A DNA stretch of 64,000 nt from an uncultured Armatimonadetes bacterium. Lineage in GTDB: Bacteria > Armatimonadota > UBA5829 > DTJY01. Position numbers and translations under genes: made by a program. Below, in pieces: positions 28,724 through 39,157 of this stretch. Location: NCBI GenBank assembly GCA_963717145.1, contig OY970325.1:192001-256000 (forward strand). Direction: 5' to 3'. How positions within the stretch are numbered: position 1 is the stretch's first letter; the number at the start of each line of letters is the position of its first letter. The notes under the pieces were generated by a model, which saw only the letters and a list, made by a program, of their open reading frames with translations, was not told where the DNA came from and made no database searches.

Positions 28724-30268
28724 CTATGCCTGCCTGGAAGGGTTCCCCGCCTCCTCGGCGGCCGAATGCGACTTGGCAGCGTCGTGGATGCGCCTCATCA
28801 CACTGTGCCTGCGGCCGTACAGGAAGTAGATGACCATGCCGACCGCCATCCAGATGAAGAGGCGGAACCAGTTTTCCGACGGAAGCGCGAACATGAGCAG
28901 TCCGCACATGAGGATGCCGAGTATCGGTACGAGTGGGACGAGTGGGCATCGGAACGGGCGGTTCGCGTCCGGATGAGTCCGCCTCATGATGAGCACCGCG
29001 ATGCAGACTACCACAAACGCGAAGAGCGTGCCGATGTTCACCAGTTCCGCGAGAATCCGCAGCGGGATGAACGCCGCCCCGAGCGCAACGATCACACCGG
29101 TCAGGATGGTCGACTTCCAGGGTGTCCGGAAGCGCTCGTGAACCGCGCCGAAGAACTTCTTAGGCAGCAGGCCGTCTCGCGCGATCGCCAGCAGCACCCT
29201 CGGCTGGCTGAGCATCAGAACCAGCAGCACCGAGGTGATCCCCGCGACCGCCGCCAGAGAGATCATGAACTGAGCCCATCCGAGTCCCACCTGCTTGAAC
29301 GCGTCCGACACGGGAGCTTCGATGCTAAGCTGGTTATACGGCACCATGCCGGTCAGCACGGCGGTCACCAGGATGTAGAGCACGGTGCAGATCAGCAGCG
29401 AGGCGATGATGCCGATCGGTACGTCGTGCTTTGGGTTCTTCGCCTCCTCAGCGTGAGTCGAAATCGAGTCGAACCCGATATACGCGAAGAAGATCATTCC
29501 TGCCCCGGCGAACATCCCCAGCGGCGCGCCGCCCTTCGCGGTCATGCCGAGTATCGTCTTGCCGAAGAGCGCGACGCCGGTGTACCCGTATGGAGCGAAG
29601 GGATGCCAGTTTCGCGGATCGACGTAGAATGCGCCGACGACGATCACGAAGAGCACGACTGCGACCTTCAGGACGACCATGGCGGCGTTGAATCCCGCGC
29701 TCTCCCTAATCCCCTTGACGAGGATCACTGTCACCAGCGCCGTGACTATGATCGCCGGGAGATCGACCATGCTGCCGGTGCGCGTAAGGAGGCCGGACGC
29801 CGCGCCGATATCGAACGGTGCGTTAGAAAGAGCCTTTGGGACGTGCCAGCCAAAGATGCCGATGAAGTCCTGGAAGTACTTCGACCAACCGTGGGCGACT
29901 GTGGCCGACGCGACCGTGTACTCGAGCACGAGGTCCCAGCCGATGATCCACGCGAAAAGCTCGCCGAGTGTGGCATATGCATATGTGAATGCCGAGCCCG
30001 CGACCGGCACCATCGACGCGAATTCTGCGTAACACAAAGCGGCGAAGATGCACGCGATCCCGGCGACACCATATGACATCATCAGCGCCGGGCCGGCCTT
30101 ATCGTGGGCGGCGATGCCGGTCAGCACGAAGATGCCCGTGCCGATGATGCATCCGATGCCGAGGCTGGTGAGCCCCACAGGGCCGAGGATGCGCCTCAGG
30201 CGGTTCTCGCCCTCCATCTCCTCGAGCAGCAGGCTCAGTGGTTTTCTCGCAAACAGTCTCTTGATCAT
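28724..30268 (-). CDS. APC-family amino acid permease
   Basis: GIG.IIGTGIF, YAEFASMVPVAGSA and FFAYIGFD motifs. Confidence 0.95.
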   Translation of the reverse strand: MIKRLFARKPLSLLLEEMEGENRLRRILGPVGLTSLGIGCIIGTGIFVLTGIAAHDKAGPALMMSYGVAGIACIFAALCYAEFASMVPVAGSAFTYAYATLGELFAWIIGWDLVLEYTVASATVAHGWSKYFQDFIGIFGWHVPKALSNAPFDIGAASGLLTRTGSMVDLPAIIVTALVTVILVKGIRESAGFNAAMVVLKVAVVLFVIVVGAFYVDPRNWHPFAPYGYTGVALFGKTILGMTAKGGAPLGMFAGAGMIFFAYIGFDSISTHAEEAKNPKHDVPIGIIASLLICTVLYILVTAVLTGMVPYNQLSIEAPVSDAFKQVGLGWAQFMISLAAVAGITSVLLVLMLSQPRVLLAIARDGLLPKKFFGAVHERFRTPWKSTILTGVIVALGAAFIPLRILAELVNIGTLFAFVVVCIAVLIMRRTHPDANRPFRCPLVPLVPILGILMCGLLMFALPSENWFRLFIWMAVGMVIYFLYGRRHSVMRRIHDAAKSHSAAEEAGNPSRQA

Positions 30269-30315
30269 TCGGCAGTCCTCCGGATCTGGGTCTGTGGCGT
30301 CTCCGCGTCATCATG

Positions 30316-30379
30316 TAGTGGCCGAGCCTCAGTGCCGGCCACGCGACGTTGACGGCCGGCACTGAGGCTCGGCCACTAC
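30316..30379. repeat. Inverted pair of GTAG-type REPs
   Basis: gtagtggccgagcctcagtgccggcc ... ggccggcactgaggctcggccactac. Confidence 0.85.
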
Positions 30380-30513
30380 GTAATACGCGTCGCTGCTAAC
30401 AAAGAAGTTTGCGCCAGACCCCTTTTATTCCTGCAGAAGCTCTGGATATGGAAAACACTTTATGATACACTGTGCCCAAGCGCAGAATAACGTGCGAATT
30501 ACGGGGTGGTAAC

Positions 30514-32316
30514 ATGCAACACAACTCAAAGCTCGGAATCTCGGCCATCGTGGCATCGGTCCTTGTCCTGGCATCATCGTCCGTCTGGGCGAAACCGATC
30601 TCACTCATCGTCGGGGCAAAGCCGATCTTCCTCCACACGGCCCCGGTAGTGGACAAGGATGAGGTCTATGTTCCGTTCACGGCGCTGAAGGCGATCGGCG
30701 CCTCGGCCAAAGAGGATGGCGACCCCAGGAACAACGAGCAGAAGCTGAAGATCAAGCCCGCGTCCGGCCACGAGTTTTCATGCAAGGCCCGCATCATGAG
30801 CGGGAATCCGATGGTCCCGATCATGGACATCGCGGACGAACTTGGCGCGGTCACTCAGTGGGACAAGGTGAAGAATACCCTTAGCATTAAAGCTCGGCTC
30901 GACGAGGTGAGCTTCGACGGCTCGAAGCTGAAGCTCAAGTCATCATTCCCCCTGGGCTGCACGGTCGTGCAATCGAGCTGGACCCAGATCGAGAGAAAGC
31001 TGATCCTGGATATCCCGGGACTTCAGATCCCTCGGGTGGCCGACGACAAGGTGAAGAACGCCACGAAGATTCCGATCCGACTCGGAATGAGCGCGGACGG
31101 TGAGACCGGGCGCGTCGTCCTCGATCTGCCGTTTGTGGTGAAGACTCACAACGACAGCCCGCCGAAGACGAGGGAGATTACCATCTCGGTCAGCCCGTCT
31201 CTCAAGGACGCTCCCGCACCGAAGCAGGGCGCGACCCCCTCGGAGGGTACAATCATGCCGGGCAAGCAGCCTCCCCCTCCTCCGAAGCCGGTTGACATCG
31301 GAGGAATCAGTTACCACGCGCGCGGCACGAACCGCATAGACGTCAGCATTTCGGCCGGTGCGCCGGTGAAGTACAGGACGTACACCCTGAGGGATCCCGA
31401 CCGGTTCGTCATCGACCTGGTCAACGCCAAGCTCTCAGGCGATCCCACGGAAGAGGATATCAAGCGTTCGATCGCCACCCGCATGCACATGGATCAGTTC
31501 AACGACGAGACGGTTCGGATGACGCTCGATCTCACTCGTCCGGCGGCCTTCGATATCGAGCAAGACAAGAGCGGGAAGCTCTCCATCTCGCTCGAACTGC
31601 CCAGGAAGGCAGGCGGTCTCCTGGCGGGCAAGGTCATAGTGGTCGATCCCGGTCACGGCGGCACGGAGACCGGCGCCATGGCAAACGGATGCTGTGAGAA
31701 GTTCTTGAATCTGTCAGTCGCCCAGCGTGTCCAGGAGCTTCTCAAGCAGGCGGGCGCGATTGTCCTCATGACCAGAAAGAGCGACACCCTCGTCGCGTTG
31801 AAAGAGCGCCCGATCTTCGCGAACAACCATTCCGCCGACCTGTTCGTCAGTATCCACCACAATGCGATGGGGAGCGCAAACAAGATTTCCGGCACCGAGA
31901 CCTTCTTTCACGCGGACGATGGGAGCAGCCGCGCATTGGCCAACTGCATCCAATCGGAGGTCGTCGCAGCGAACGGATTGCCTGATCGCGGCGTCAAGTC
32001 GGACTACATACGCTACCCGGGCATCGGGTTTGCCGTCCTCAGGGGCGCGACGATGCCCGCGGCGCTGACCGAGGTGGCGTTCCTGGATCACGCAGGGGAT
32101 GCGGCGTGTGTGGTGGATTCAGCTTTCCAGCGGAAAGTCGCGGAGGCTATCGTGCGAGGGATCAGGCTGTATGTCGAGGGCAATCTCGGCACTACGGTGA
32201 GACGCCCGGTGATCAAGATCGAGGGTGCTCCGGAAAAGGCATCGAAGCCGCAAGCCGGTTCAGTTTCGCAGAGCAAGCCGAGCGGATCGCTCATTCCGAA
32301 AGGGCGAGTGAAATGA
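30514..32316 (+). CDS. N-acetylmuramoyl-L-alanine amidase with an AMIN domain
   Basis: DPDRFVIDL, VVDPGHGG, LFVSIHHNA and PAALTEVAF motifs. Confidence 0.92.
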   Translation: MQHNSKLGISAIVASVLVLASSSVWAKPISLIVGAKPIFLHTAPVVDKDEVYVPFTALKAIGASAKEDGDPRNNEQKLKIKPASGHEFSCKARIMSGNPMVPIMDIADELGAVTQWDKVKNTLSIKARLDEVSFDGSKLKLKSSFPLGCTVVQSSWTQIERKLILDIPGLQIPRVADDKVKNATKIPIRLGMSADGETGRVVLDLPFVVKTHNDSPPKTREITISVSPSLKDAPAPKQGATPSEGTIMPGKQPPPPPKPVDIGGISYHARGTNRIDVSISAGAPVKYRTYTLRDPDRFVIDLVNAKLSGDPTEEDIKRSIATRMHMDQFNDETVRMTLDLTRPAAFDIEQDKSGKLSISLELPRKAGGLLAGKVIVVDPGHGGTETGAMANGCCEKFLNLSVAQRVQELLKQAGAIVLMTRKSDTLVALKERPIFANNHSADLFVSIHHNAMGSANKISGTETFFHADDGSSRALANCIQSEVVAANGLPDRGVKSDYIRYPGIGFAVLRGATMPAALTEVAFLDHAGDAACVVDSAFQRKVAEAIVRGIRLYVEGNLGTTVRRPVIKIEGAPEKASKPQAGSVSQSKPSGSLIPKGRVK

Positions 32317-32879
32317 GGCGCACAGCTCTCACCATAGTCGTTGTCGTACTGGTGGGCCTGTGCGTCGGGCTCGGCGTTTACCTCTCACGGCCGAAGTCTT
32401 CCGCGCCGACTAGTGTCGTCAGGCATGAGATCCCTCAGGCAAGCAGGCCCCAGCCGAGGCAAGTCAAGCTCTACCGGGTGATCGTCGAGAACAACCAGCC
32501 GCGACTCCAGGCCACAACCGAGACGATTGCGGCCGACGGGGACCCGATCGAAAATGCGATGCGTCAACTCGTTGGGCAGGGAAGCAGTGGCGCGCTGACG
32601 AACCCTATACCGAAGGGCACGAAGGTCCTCGGCGTCGAGGTCAGGGACGGCCTCGCGGAAGTCGATTTCAGCCGGGAGTTCAGAGACAACTTCACCGGAG
32701 GCTCGGAAGCTGAGGCGCTTGTCATTGGCGTGATTCTTCGCACCTTGGCGCAGTTCGATGAGGTGAAGAAGGTTCAGATTCTCGTCGAAGGCAAGACAAT
32801 AGACTCGCTCGGCCACGCGGACCTCTCTCAACCGCTCGATGTCGGCTGGGTCAGCCCTGAGTTTAGTGAGAAAGGGTAG
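32313..32879 (+). CDS. GerMN-domain protein
   Basis: N-terminal TM; IPKGTKVL, VDFS and TLAQF..VKKVQILVEGK. Confidence 0.88.
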   Translation: MRRTALTIVVVVLVGLCVGLGVYLSRPKSSAPTSVVRHEIPQASRPQPRQVKLYRVIVENNQPRLQATTETIAADGDPIENAMRQLVGQGSSGALTNPIPKGTKVLGVEVRDGLAEVDFSREFRDNFTGGSEAEALVIGVILRTLAQFDEVKKVQILVEGKTIDSLGHADLSQPLDVGWVSPEFSEKG

Positions 32880-32946
32880 GGAAGGCATTAGGCACTAGGC
32901 ATTAGACCTCATCGGTCTACGGTCCAAGGTCTGATGTCTACTGTCT

Positions 32947-33813
32947 ATGCAAACTGATTCACCGATAGGCATTTTCGACTCCGGCGTCGGCGGCCTGACC
33001 GTCGCGAAGGAGGTTTCGGCAAGACTCCCCCAGGAGCACATCGTCTACGTTGGCGATGAGGCACACATACCTTACGGCGATCGTCCACCCGCTGAGATTC
33101 GGAGCTACGCGCTCGGCATAACTCGCTTCCTGATCGATAAGTGCGGGGCCAAGATGGTGATCATGGCCTGCAATATGTCATCCGCCCTGGCGCTCAATCC
33201 TGCGCGGGAGATGTTCCCCGAAGTGCCGATCCTCGGCGTCATCGAAGCAGGCTCTCGCGCTGCCGCACGGGCATGTGGCGACGGCCGAGTGGGCGTCCTT
33301 GCGACCCAGGGTACCGTGAACACGAAGGCATATACCAGAGCGCTCTCCGGGCTGATCTCAGATGCCGATGTCCACGAGCAGGCGTGTCCACGCTTCGTGC
33401 CGCTCATCGAATCAGGCAGGGCAGACTCGGATGAGGCGCTCGATGCGGTGGACGAATACACCCGACATCTGAGCGGCTATGGAACCGTCATCCTCGGGTG
33501 CACTCATTACCCGTTCCTTGCCGATGCGATCGGCCGAGCGCTTGGGCCGGAAGCCACTCTCATCGATCCTGCTGAGGAGACCGTACTCGAGGCCGGGGAG
33601 ATCCTGTCGAATTTGGGTATCCTGAATTCGCCGCACGTCGAGAGCGTTCAGAGATACTTCACTACTGCCCGCCCCGATCAGTTCGCATCGCTTGGCGGAA
33701 GATTCATCCGCAGGTCGCTCGATCTGGTCGAGCAGATCAGGTGGGGTATAGATTTAGGAGCTATGGAATGGACAGAGAAGACGGTCGAGCAAACGACCAG
33801 ATCCGCCCGGTAA
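32947..33813 (+). CDS. murI: Glutamate racemase
   Basis: [16 protein letters not shown] and LGCTHYP motifs. Confidence 0.96.
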   Translation: MQTDSPIGIFDSGVGGLTVAKEVSARLPQEHIVYVGDEAHIPYGDRPPAEIRSYALGITRFLIDKCGAKMVIMACNMSSALALNPAREMFPEVPILGVIEAGSRAAARACGDGRVGVLATQGTVNTKAYTRALSGLISDADVHEQACPRFVPLIESGRADSDEALDAVDEYTRHLSGYGTVILGCTHYPFLADAIGRALGPEATLIDPAEETVLEAGEILSNLGILNSPHVESVQRYFTTARPDQFASLGGRFIRRSLDLVEQIRWGIDLGAMEWTEKTVEQTTRSAR

Positions 33814-34490
33814 CGATCACCAGAGGGTTCATCAAGTACGCCGAGGGGTCGTGCCTCATCGAGGTCGGCGACACACGCGTGATATGCACGGCGTCCGTCG
33901 AGGAGAAGGTGCCGCCGTTCCTCAAGGGTTCGGGCTCGGGCTGGGTCACCGCCGAATACGGCATGATCCCGCGCTCGTGCCTCACGCGCAACCAGCGCGA
34001 GGCCACGAAAGGCCAGCTCGGAGGCCGAACGATGGAGATCCAGCGGCTCGTCGGGCGGTCACTGCGCTCAGTGGTCGATATGAAGGCGCTCGGCGAGCGG
34101 ACGATCTGGATGGACTGCGATGTCATCCAGGCCGACGGTGGCACGCGGACGGCCTCCATGACCGGCGCGTATGTAGCCCTGGTTGAGGCTGCTCGGTGGC
34201 TGAAGAATGCGAATCTTGTTCGCAAGGATGTCGTTCTCGACATGCTCGGGGCCATCAGCGTTGGAATCGTCGGCGGCGAGTCGATGCTCGATCTTCGATA
34301 CACGGAGGACTCATCCGCCGCGGTCGACATGAACGTCGCGATGACCGGCGACGGCAAGTTCGTCGAGCTTCAGGGCACGGCGGAGGGCATGCCGTTCAGC
34401 CGCCAGCAGTTCAACAAGCTCCTCGACCTGGCCGAGATCGGCATCAGGCAGCTCTTCGATATCCAGCGCGCGGTACTCAATGGACCGTGA
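33768..34490 (+). CDS. rph: Ribonuclease PH
   Basis: [20 protein letters not shown] and [15 protein letters not shown] motifs. Confidence 0.96.
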   Translation: MDREDGRANDQIRPVTITRGFIKYAEGSCLIEVGDTRVICTASVEEKVPPFLKGSGSGWVTAEYGMIPRSCLTRNQREATKGQLGGRTMEIQRLVGRSLRSVVDMKALGERTIWMDCDVIQADGGTRTASMTGAYVALVEAARWLKNANLVRKDVVLDMLGAISVGIVGGESMLDLRYTEDSSAAVDMNVAMTGDGKFVELQGTAEGMPFSRQQFNKLLDLAEIGIRQLFDIQRAVLNGP

Positions 34491-34580
34491 TCCCACACCA
34501 TCTGGCGGTTTTCTCCGTGTCCTCCGTGCCTCCGTGGTTGCTTCCGGTGCCTGGCGGACTTGGCGTCATGGCGGTTCCAT

Positions 34581-35189
34581 ATGATTGACTTGGTCCTCGC
34601 GACGAAAAACCCCGGCAAGGTCGAGGAGTTGAAGGCGCTCCTCGCCGATATGGATGTGAACGTCCTCTCCCTCCGCGACTTTGCCGTCATGCCCGAGATC
34701 GAGGAGACCGGCAACACCTTCGCCGAGAACGCCGAGATTAAGGCGACGACCGTCGCGCGCATCACAGGTAAGCTCACCCTCGCGGACGACTCCGGCCTCG
34801 AGGTGGACGCGCTCGGAGGTCAGCCGGGAGTCCTCTCGAGCCGATTCGGTGGCCCGGGCGCATCCGACCGCGACAAGTACCTGCGCATCCTCGAACTGCT
34901 CGACGGAGTCCCCGACGAGAAACGCACCGCTCGGTTCCGTGCGGCGGTCGCCATCGCGACTCCTCAGGGCGAGACGGTGATCGTCGAAGGCACATGCGAG
35001 GGCCGGATCGCGGATAAGCCGAGCGGCGAGGGCGGATTCGGCTACGACCCCATCTTCTACATCCCCGAAGTCGGCTTGACTATGGCCGAGGTTCCTTCCG
35101 ATGTCAAGAACCGCATCAGCCATCGCGCGAAAGCGATGCAGTCCGCCACCCGCATCCTCCGGCACTATCTCGAATTCGGCCGCCTCTGA
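34581..35189 (+). CDS. rdgB: XTP/dITP diphosphatase
   Basis: ATKNPGK, ADDSGL, GFGYDPIF and SHR motifs; follows rph. Confidence 0.95.
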   Translation: MIDLVLATKNPGKVEELKALLADMDVNVLSLRDFAVMPEIEETGNTFAENAEIKATTVARITGKLTLADDSGLEVDALGGQPGVLSSRFGGPGASDRDKYLRILELLDGVPDEKRTARFRAAVAIATPQGETVIVEGTCEGRIADKPSGEGGFGYDPIFYIPEVGLTMAEVPSDVKNRISHRAKAMQSATRILRHYLEFGRL

Positions 35190-35210
35190 CCGGCTGTCAT
35201 TCTCCTGGCG

Positions 35211-35239
35211 TTGATCTTTCGACCTCGAACTGCTATAAT
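35211..35239 (+). promoter_or_regulatory. Sigma70 promoter for tRNA-Pro
   Basis: TTGATC-N17-TATAAT. Confidence 0.6.
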
Positions 35240-35250
35240 GAAGGCGATTC

Positions 35251-35326
35251 CGGGGTGTAGCGCAGTTGGCAGCGCGCATGCTTTGGGAGCATGAGGCCGC
35301 GAGTTCGAGTCTCGCCACCCCGACCA
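35251..35326 (+). tRNA. tRNA-Pro(TGG)
   Basis: Cloverleaf; anticodon loop TTTGGGA; encoded CCA. Confidence 0.95.
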
Positions 35327-35407
35327 AGGGAAGTACGAAGTACGGGAGTACCAAGTACAAAGACGGCGGCCCGCCGAAACGCGGGTCGTTTGTTTTGGCA
35401 GGCAATC

Positions 35408-35914
35408 ATGGCCGACAAAGTGCAAGACGAAGCTCTAAGGAAGCGCGATGTGCCCTGGCATCGTAACGGCATCCTGATGAAGTACGCCTTCATGCTCGCA
35501 GGGGTGTCAATGGTCTTCGGCGCCTATACGGATCCAAGGTTTGCGATGGGGCGTCCTGGGCTGATCGATGCGGCGATCGGCTTTGTACTGGGTAGCTTGT
35601 GCGGCAAACCGGTGGGCAGCCTGACCGCCCGCCGATATGATAAGCTTACGCGTGAGCGAGTCGGTTTCTGGCAGGAGATGTTGGGAAGTCGAGGCAGTGT
35701 TCGTGAGTTCGGTGCGAGCTTCCTCATGGTCCTGGGCATGATGGGGTCGATGTTCATCGGTGCATACGCGGCGAGAGTGCTTCACCTGGGGTTCCCTTGG
35801 TTCAATGTGAGTTCGCATGAGGCAGATGGTGGAGCGGCAATAATGTACATGGTCTTCTCCTCGAACGCAATCGCAAGGGGCGTCGAACGCTGGTATGCAA
35901 AGCTGCCGGACTGA
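35408..35914 (+). CDS. Hypothetical membrane protein
   Basis: About 4 hydrophobic segments; lies between tRNA genes. Confidence 0.65.
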   Translation: MADKVQDEALRKRDVPWHRNGILMKYAFMLAGVSMVFGAYTDPRFAMGRPGLIDAAIGFVLGSLCGKPVGSLTARRYDKLTRERVGFWQEMLGSRGSVREFGASFLMVLGMMGSMFIGAYAARVLHLGFPWFNVSSHEADGGAAIMYMVFSSNAIARGVERWYAKLPD

Positions 35915-35945
35915 TCTCATTGTGTGAACCCCGGGGCGGCGCGTC

Positions 35946-35973
35946 TTGACATACGAGGCGCTTGTGGTATAAT
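35946..35973 (+). promoter_or_regulatory. Sigma70 promoter for the tRNA operon
   Basis: TTGACA-N16-TATAAT. Confidence 0.8.
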
Positions 35974-36010
35974 ACCTGTGCTTGGAACCATGAGAGTGGT
36001 TCGGTGATAT

Positions 36011-36086
<76 letters not shown>

Positions 36087-36176
36087 TTCCAAGTGCGAAG
36101 AGCAGAAGTACAAGGTACCAAGACAGGGCCGGTTGACCGTCTTTGTACTTTGTACTCCGGTACTTTGTACTTCCGT

Positions 36177-36252
36177 GCCCCCTTAGCTCAGGGGATAGAG
36201 CAACTGCCTTCTAAGCAGTGGGCCGCAGGTTCGATTCCTGCCGGGGGCGCCA
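36177..36252 (+). tRNA. tRNA-Arg(TCT)
   Basis: Anticodon loop CTTCTAA; CCA end. Confidence 0.92.
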
Positions 36253-36277
36253 GTCTTTGTGCCTCGTATTCCCACAC

Positions 36278-36355
36278 GGCGGGAGTAGCTCAGTTGGTTA
36301 GAGCGCCAGGTTGTGGCCCTGGAGGCCGTGGGTTCAAGTCCCATTTCTCGCCCCA
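36278..36355 (+). tRNA. tRNA-His(GTG)
   Basis: G-1, anticodon loop TTGTGGC, C discriminator, CCA end. Confidence 0.95.
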
Positions 36356-36365
36356 CAATTCGCAC

Positions 36366-36395
36366 AAAAAGCCCGTCCATCCCGGACGGGCTTTT
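36366..36395. terminator. Intrinsic terminator, probably bidirectional
   Basis: aaaaagcccgtcc-atccc-ggacgggctttt. Confidence 0.8.
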
Positions 36396-36426
36396 GGCTT
36401 ACTCCCAATCTGCATTCCGCATTCGG

Positions 36427-36819
36427 CTACTTCACCATGGATTTAGCCTTCGGAATCACCCTCCGAAGCGTCGTCGCCCACGCCTCCGCCAGCTTCTGAG
36501 GAGTCGTCTTGTTGAACGCGGCCGTCTCCTTGTCCACGGTGATGATCAACTTGTCGCCCGCCATGATGACGGTTGACTTCTTCACGGTAGTTACCTTCAG
36601 GTCAGCCGGGTCGAACGTGTCGGAGCCGAGCAGACCGTTGATCCGCTGCGTCACGATGTCACGGCGCTCCTCGATCGACATTCCGCCGCCCGCGAACCGG
36701 ATCCGCAGGACGAGTTCGTTCCCGACCACCACGTCCCCAGGGCTCACCGCCAACACCGGTACCGCAAGTCCGATGACCAGGCAACAAAGCAACACTGCTG
36801 CCAAACCTCTGATCTTCAT
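36427..36819 (-). CDS. Secreted hypothetical protein
   Basis: AGGAGG RBS; signal peptide. Confidence 0.75.
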   Translation of the reverse strand: MKIRGLAAVLLCCLVIGLAVPVLAVSPGDVVVGNELVLRIRFAGGGMSIEERRDIVTQRINGLLGSDTFDPADLKVTTVKKSTVIMAGDKLIITVDKETAAFNKTTPQKLAEAWATTLRRVIPKAKSMVK

Positions 36820-36870
36820 CAGCCACCTCCTGATTCGTTGTGTTACCAAGTATACCCAGTTTGCGGCAAT

Positions 36871-36902
36871 GAAAAGCCCATCCGCCGTCGGATGGGCTTT
36901 TC
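36871..36902 (-). terminator. Intrinsic terminator
   Basis: gaaaagcccatccg-ccgt-cggatgggcttttc downstream of the 36949 gene. Confidence 0.75.
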
Positions 36903-36948
36903 AGAGTCAGAGTGCTGCTCCGATCTCCTAGCATTGATGCCTGCTGAA

Positions 36949-37722
36949 CTACTCCGGGCAGATCTCGACTTCGTTCCGGCCCTCGAAAAGCGAGCAGTCG
37001 TCGTTCTCGTAGAGCAGATGGCCGGCGAAGTCCCAGATCTGGAGGCAGAAGTAGGGAAGTATCGGGTCATCGTCCACATACAGAGTGTAGTGTACGCTCA
37101 TTGGCGCGCCCATTCCCTGGCTAAGCTTGCCGCTTCCATGGAATTTCATCCACTGGTAGGTAGTGAGGTCGAAGGCCTGTATGGTCTGGAAGCTCTTGGC
37201 AATGAACCTGATCGCGCCGAGAGGATAATCCGGGTCATGGTAGATAACCGCGAAGTTCTTCGGCGACAGCTCCCGGTTTATGAACGCGAAGTCGGCCTTG
37301 CGCGGTTCGAGCGACTGCTGCACGTTGGGTGGGACGCCATACTCGTCCAGAAGCAGTGCTCCGCCTCCCTGCGCTCCGCAGAAGTTGAGTTCACTGAAGA
37401 TCGAGATTGCGTGTGGCGGACAATCGCTCTCTGTCGGTATGGTGAGTTCGTAGACTCCCACGGGCCAGTTCACGCTCACGCATGCCAGCCCCAGCGCGTT
37501 CGTATTGACCGGTCCGGCGGTCTTCTTCATTCCCTGCGGCGTCGTTGCCACGAACGTCACCGGTGTTGCGGGTGTGTCCAACTGCACGCAGAACGTCGCC
37601 GGGAACGGCTTCTCATAGAAGTAGTCCGAGGTGATCTCGCAATTCGCCGATACGATCATCGGCATCATCAATAGCAGCGCCATTACTGCCAGAATCGTGC
37701 GGGTGTACTTACCTGCTAACAT
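36949..37722 (-). CDS. Secreted Cys-containing hypothetical protein, paralog of 37853-38695
   Basis: Signal peptide; shared FCG.QGGGAL.L, ATFA/ADFA and L.IWDFAG. Confidence 0.75.
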   Translation of the reverse strand: MLAGKYTRTILAVMALLLMMPMIVSANCEITSDYFYEKPFPATFCVQLDTPATPVTFVATTPQGMKKTAGPVNTNALGLACVSVNWPVGVYELTIPTESDCPPHAISIFSELNFCGAQGGGALLLDEYGVPPNVQQSLEPRKADFAFINRELSPKNFAVIYHDPDYPLGAIRFIAKSFQTIQAFDLTTYQWMKFHGSGKLSQGMGAPMSVHYTLYVDDDPILPYFCLQIWDFAGHLLYENDDCSLFEGRNEVEICPE

Positions 37723-37852
37723 TCCATCCTCCTGTTATACTGATTGTGCGCACACGGCGGCGCGCCGTCGTGTTGCTATTGGCAAGGCTCTAACATGCTC
37801 TTGCCATCGTCGATATGCAGCTCCTGCCGCTCGACACTTGTTCTCGTATCTG

Positions 37853-38695
37853 CTAAGGACACGGCTGTATCGCGTTCTTGCCCTTGGAGACAGTCGACTC
37901 CGGCCCGGTGTTCGCCGGTGCGCTCATATACAGCACGTTGCCGGCGAAATCCCACAGCACGAGCTGGAATGAGTTCTCCCCAGGGAAGTCGTCTGCATAC
38001 ATGTAGTAGTGGACGAAGAACTCATCTGTCTCATTGAACTCCGCGAGCCCATTGCCGTATACCTCGACGACCTTATAGGCCGTCAAGTCCTTCACCCGGC
38101 TGCTGTAGAAGATGTCGGTGAAGCTCTTTGCTACGAATTCCACCGCTCCAAGCGGATTCTCGTTATCGAAATACCAGATGCCGTAATTCTGCGGCACCCT
38201 CTGCTTGAAGATATAGGCGAACGTCGCCTGTCGCGAGGTGACCGACGTCTTCACGCTCGGCGGCACATCATAGGAGACGAGCTGCAATGCTCCTCCGCCC
38301 TGAGTGCCGCAGAACCAGTTGGGGTTGAAGACCGAGACCGCGACTTCCTCGGGCTCGCTGACCCCGTTCTGGAGATGTTGGTTCAGCGTGAGCAGGGAAG
38401 TCTGTGCCTCCACCGCATAGACGCCCTGAGGCCAGGTCGTCTTTATGCATAACTTGCCCACGGAATCCGTCATCATTGGCCCCGCAGTGAACTTGAGGCC
38501 GTAGGGTGTTTCCCCCATGAACTCCACGATCCAGTTTCCGTTTCCCTCGACATCGCCACAGAGAGTCGTGCTCCCGGGTTTCGGGTTGAAGAAATTGCCG
38601 GTGATGTCGACACCCGGCAGGAATGCCCACGCCGAAGAGGCGAGGAGGGCCAGAGCCAGAGCGAATACTACGAGATTCATTGTTCTGCGCGTCAT
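37853..38695 (-). CDS. Secreted hypothetical protein, paralog of 36949-37722
   Basis: AAGGAGG RBS; signal peptide; collinear similarity. Confidence 0.75.
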   Translation of the reverse strand: MTRRTMNLVVFALALALLASSAWAFLPGVDITGNFFNPKPGSTTLCGDVEGNGNWIVEFMGETPYGLKFTAGPMMTDSVGKLCIKTTWPQGVYAVEAQTSLLTLNQHLQNGVSEPEEVAVSVFNPNWFCGTQGGGALQLVSYDVPPSVKTSVTSRQATFAYIFKQRVPQNYGIWYFDNENPLGAVEFVAKSFTDIFYSSRVKDLTAYKVVEVYGNGLAEFNETDEFFVHYYMYADDFPGENSFQLVLWDFAGNVLYMSAPANTGPESTVSKGKNAIQPCP

Positions 38696-39157
38696 TATGA
38701 GTTGTGCCTCCTTGTATGTTCTGCAGCGGCCCACCAAATGTGGGACAAACGTCATAGTTGAACGTTTGCATAAGCTATCTGCGCAGGAATGGCCTTTTGT
38801 CGCCAATCCGTGGTTAATGCACCGCGGTCGACATCACTCCTTTCCTGGCAGTGCGCTGTTCTTTGCCGGAACATATCCATTGTGTAGCGCTACGAGAGTC
38901 TGAGGGCGCTGACCGACTCCGCAGACCAAAGGATTATCTCCGCTTCCCAGAACCCCTAAACATCCAATAGTAGCCAAACTGTGATAAGCCACAGTATTAG
39001 GGCCATTATATCAAGCGCTGCGGTGTCTTTCGATTGTGATGCGGCAAAGCAAGCCTCCGATCGCTGCTCGATGGGCAGGACTCAGTGACGTACCGTCGAA
39101 CAGGGTGATGTGGGTACCACATAAACCATTTCCCGTCGCAGCGCGTATGAGTATTTG

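Noticed and set aside
36177-36252. tRNA-Arg pseudogene because of a U7:C66 mismatch
   Set aside because: All other structural elements and the CCA end are intact; one mismatch is not enough.
38700-39150. Riboswitch or ncRNA in the long divergent intergenic region
   Set aside because: No recognisable consensus by eye; an Rfam cmscan would be needed.
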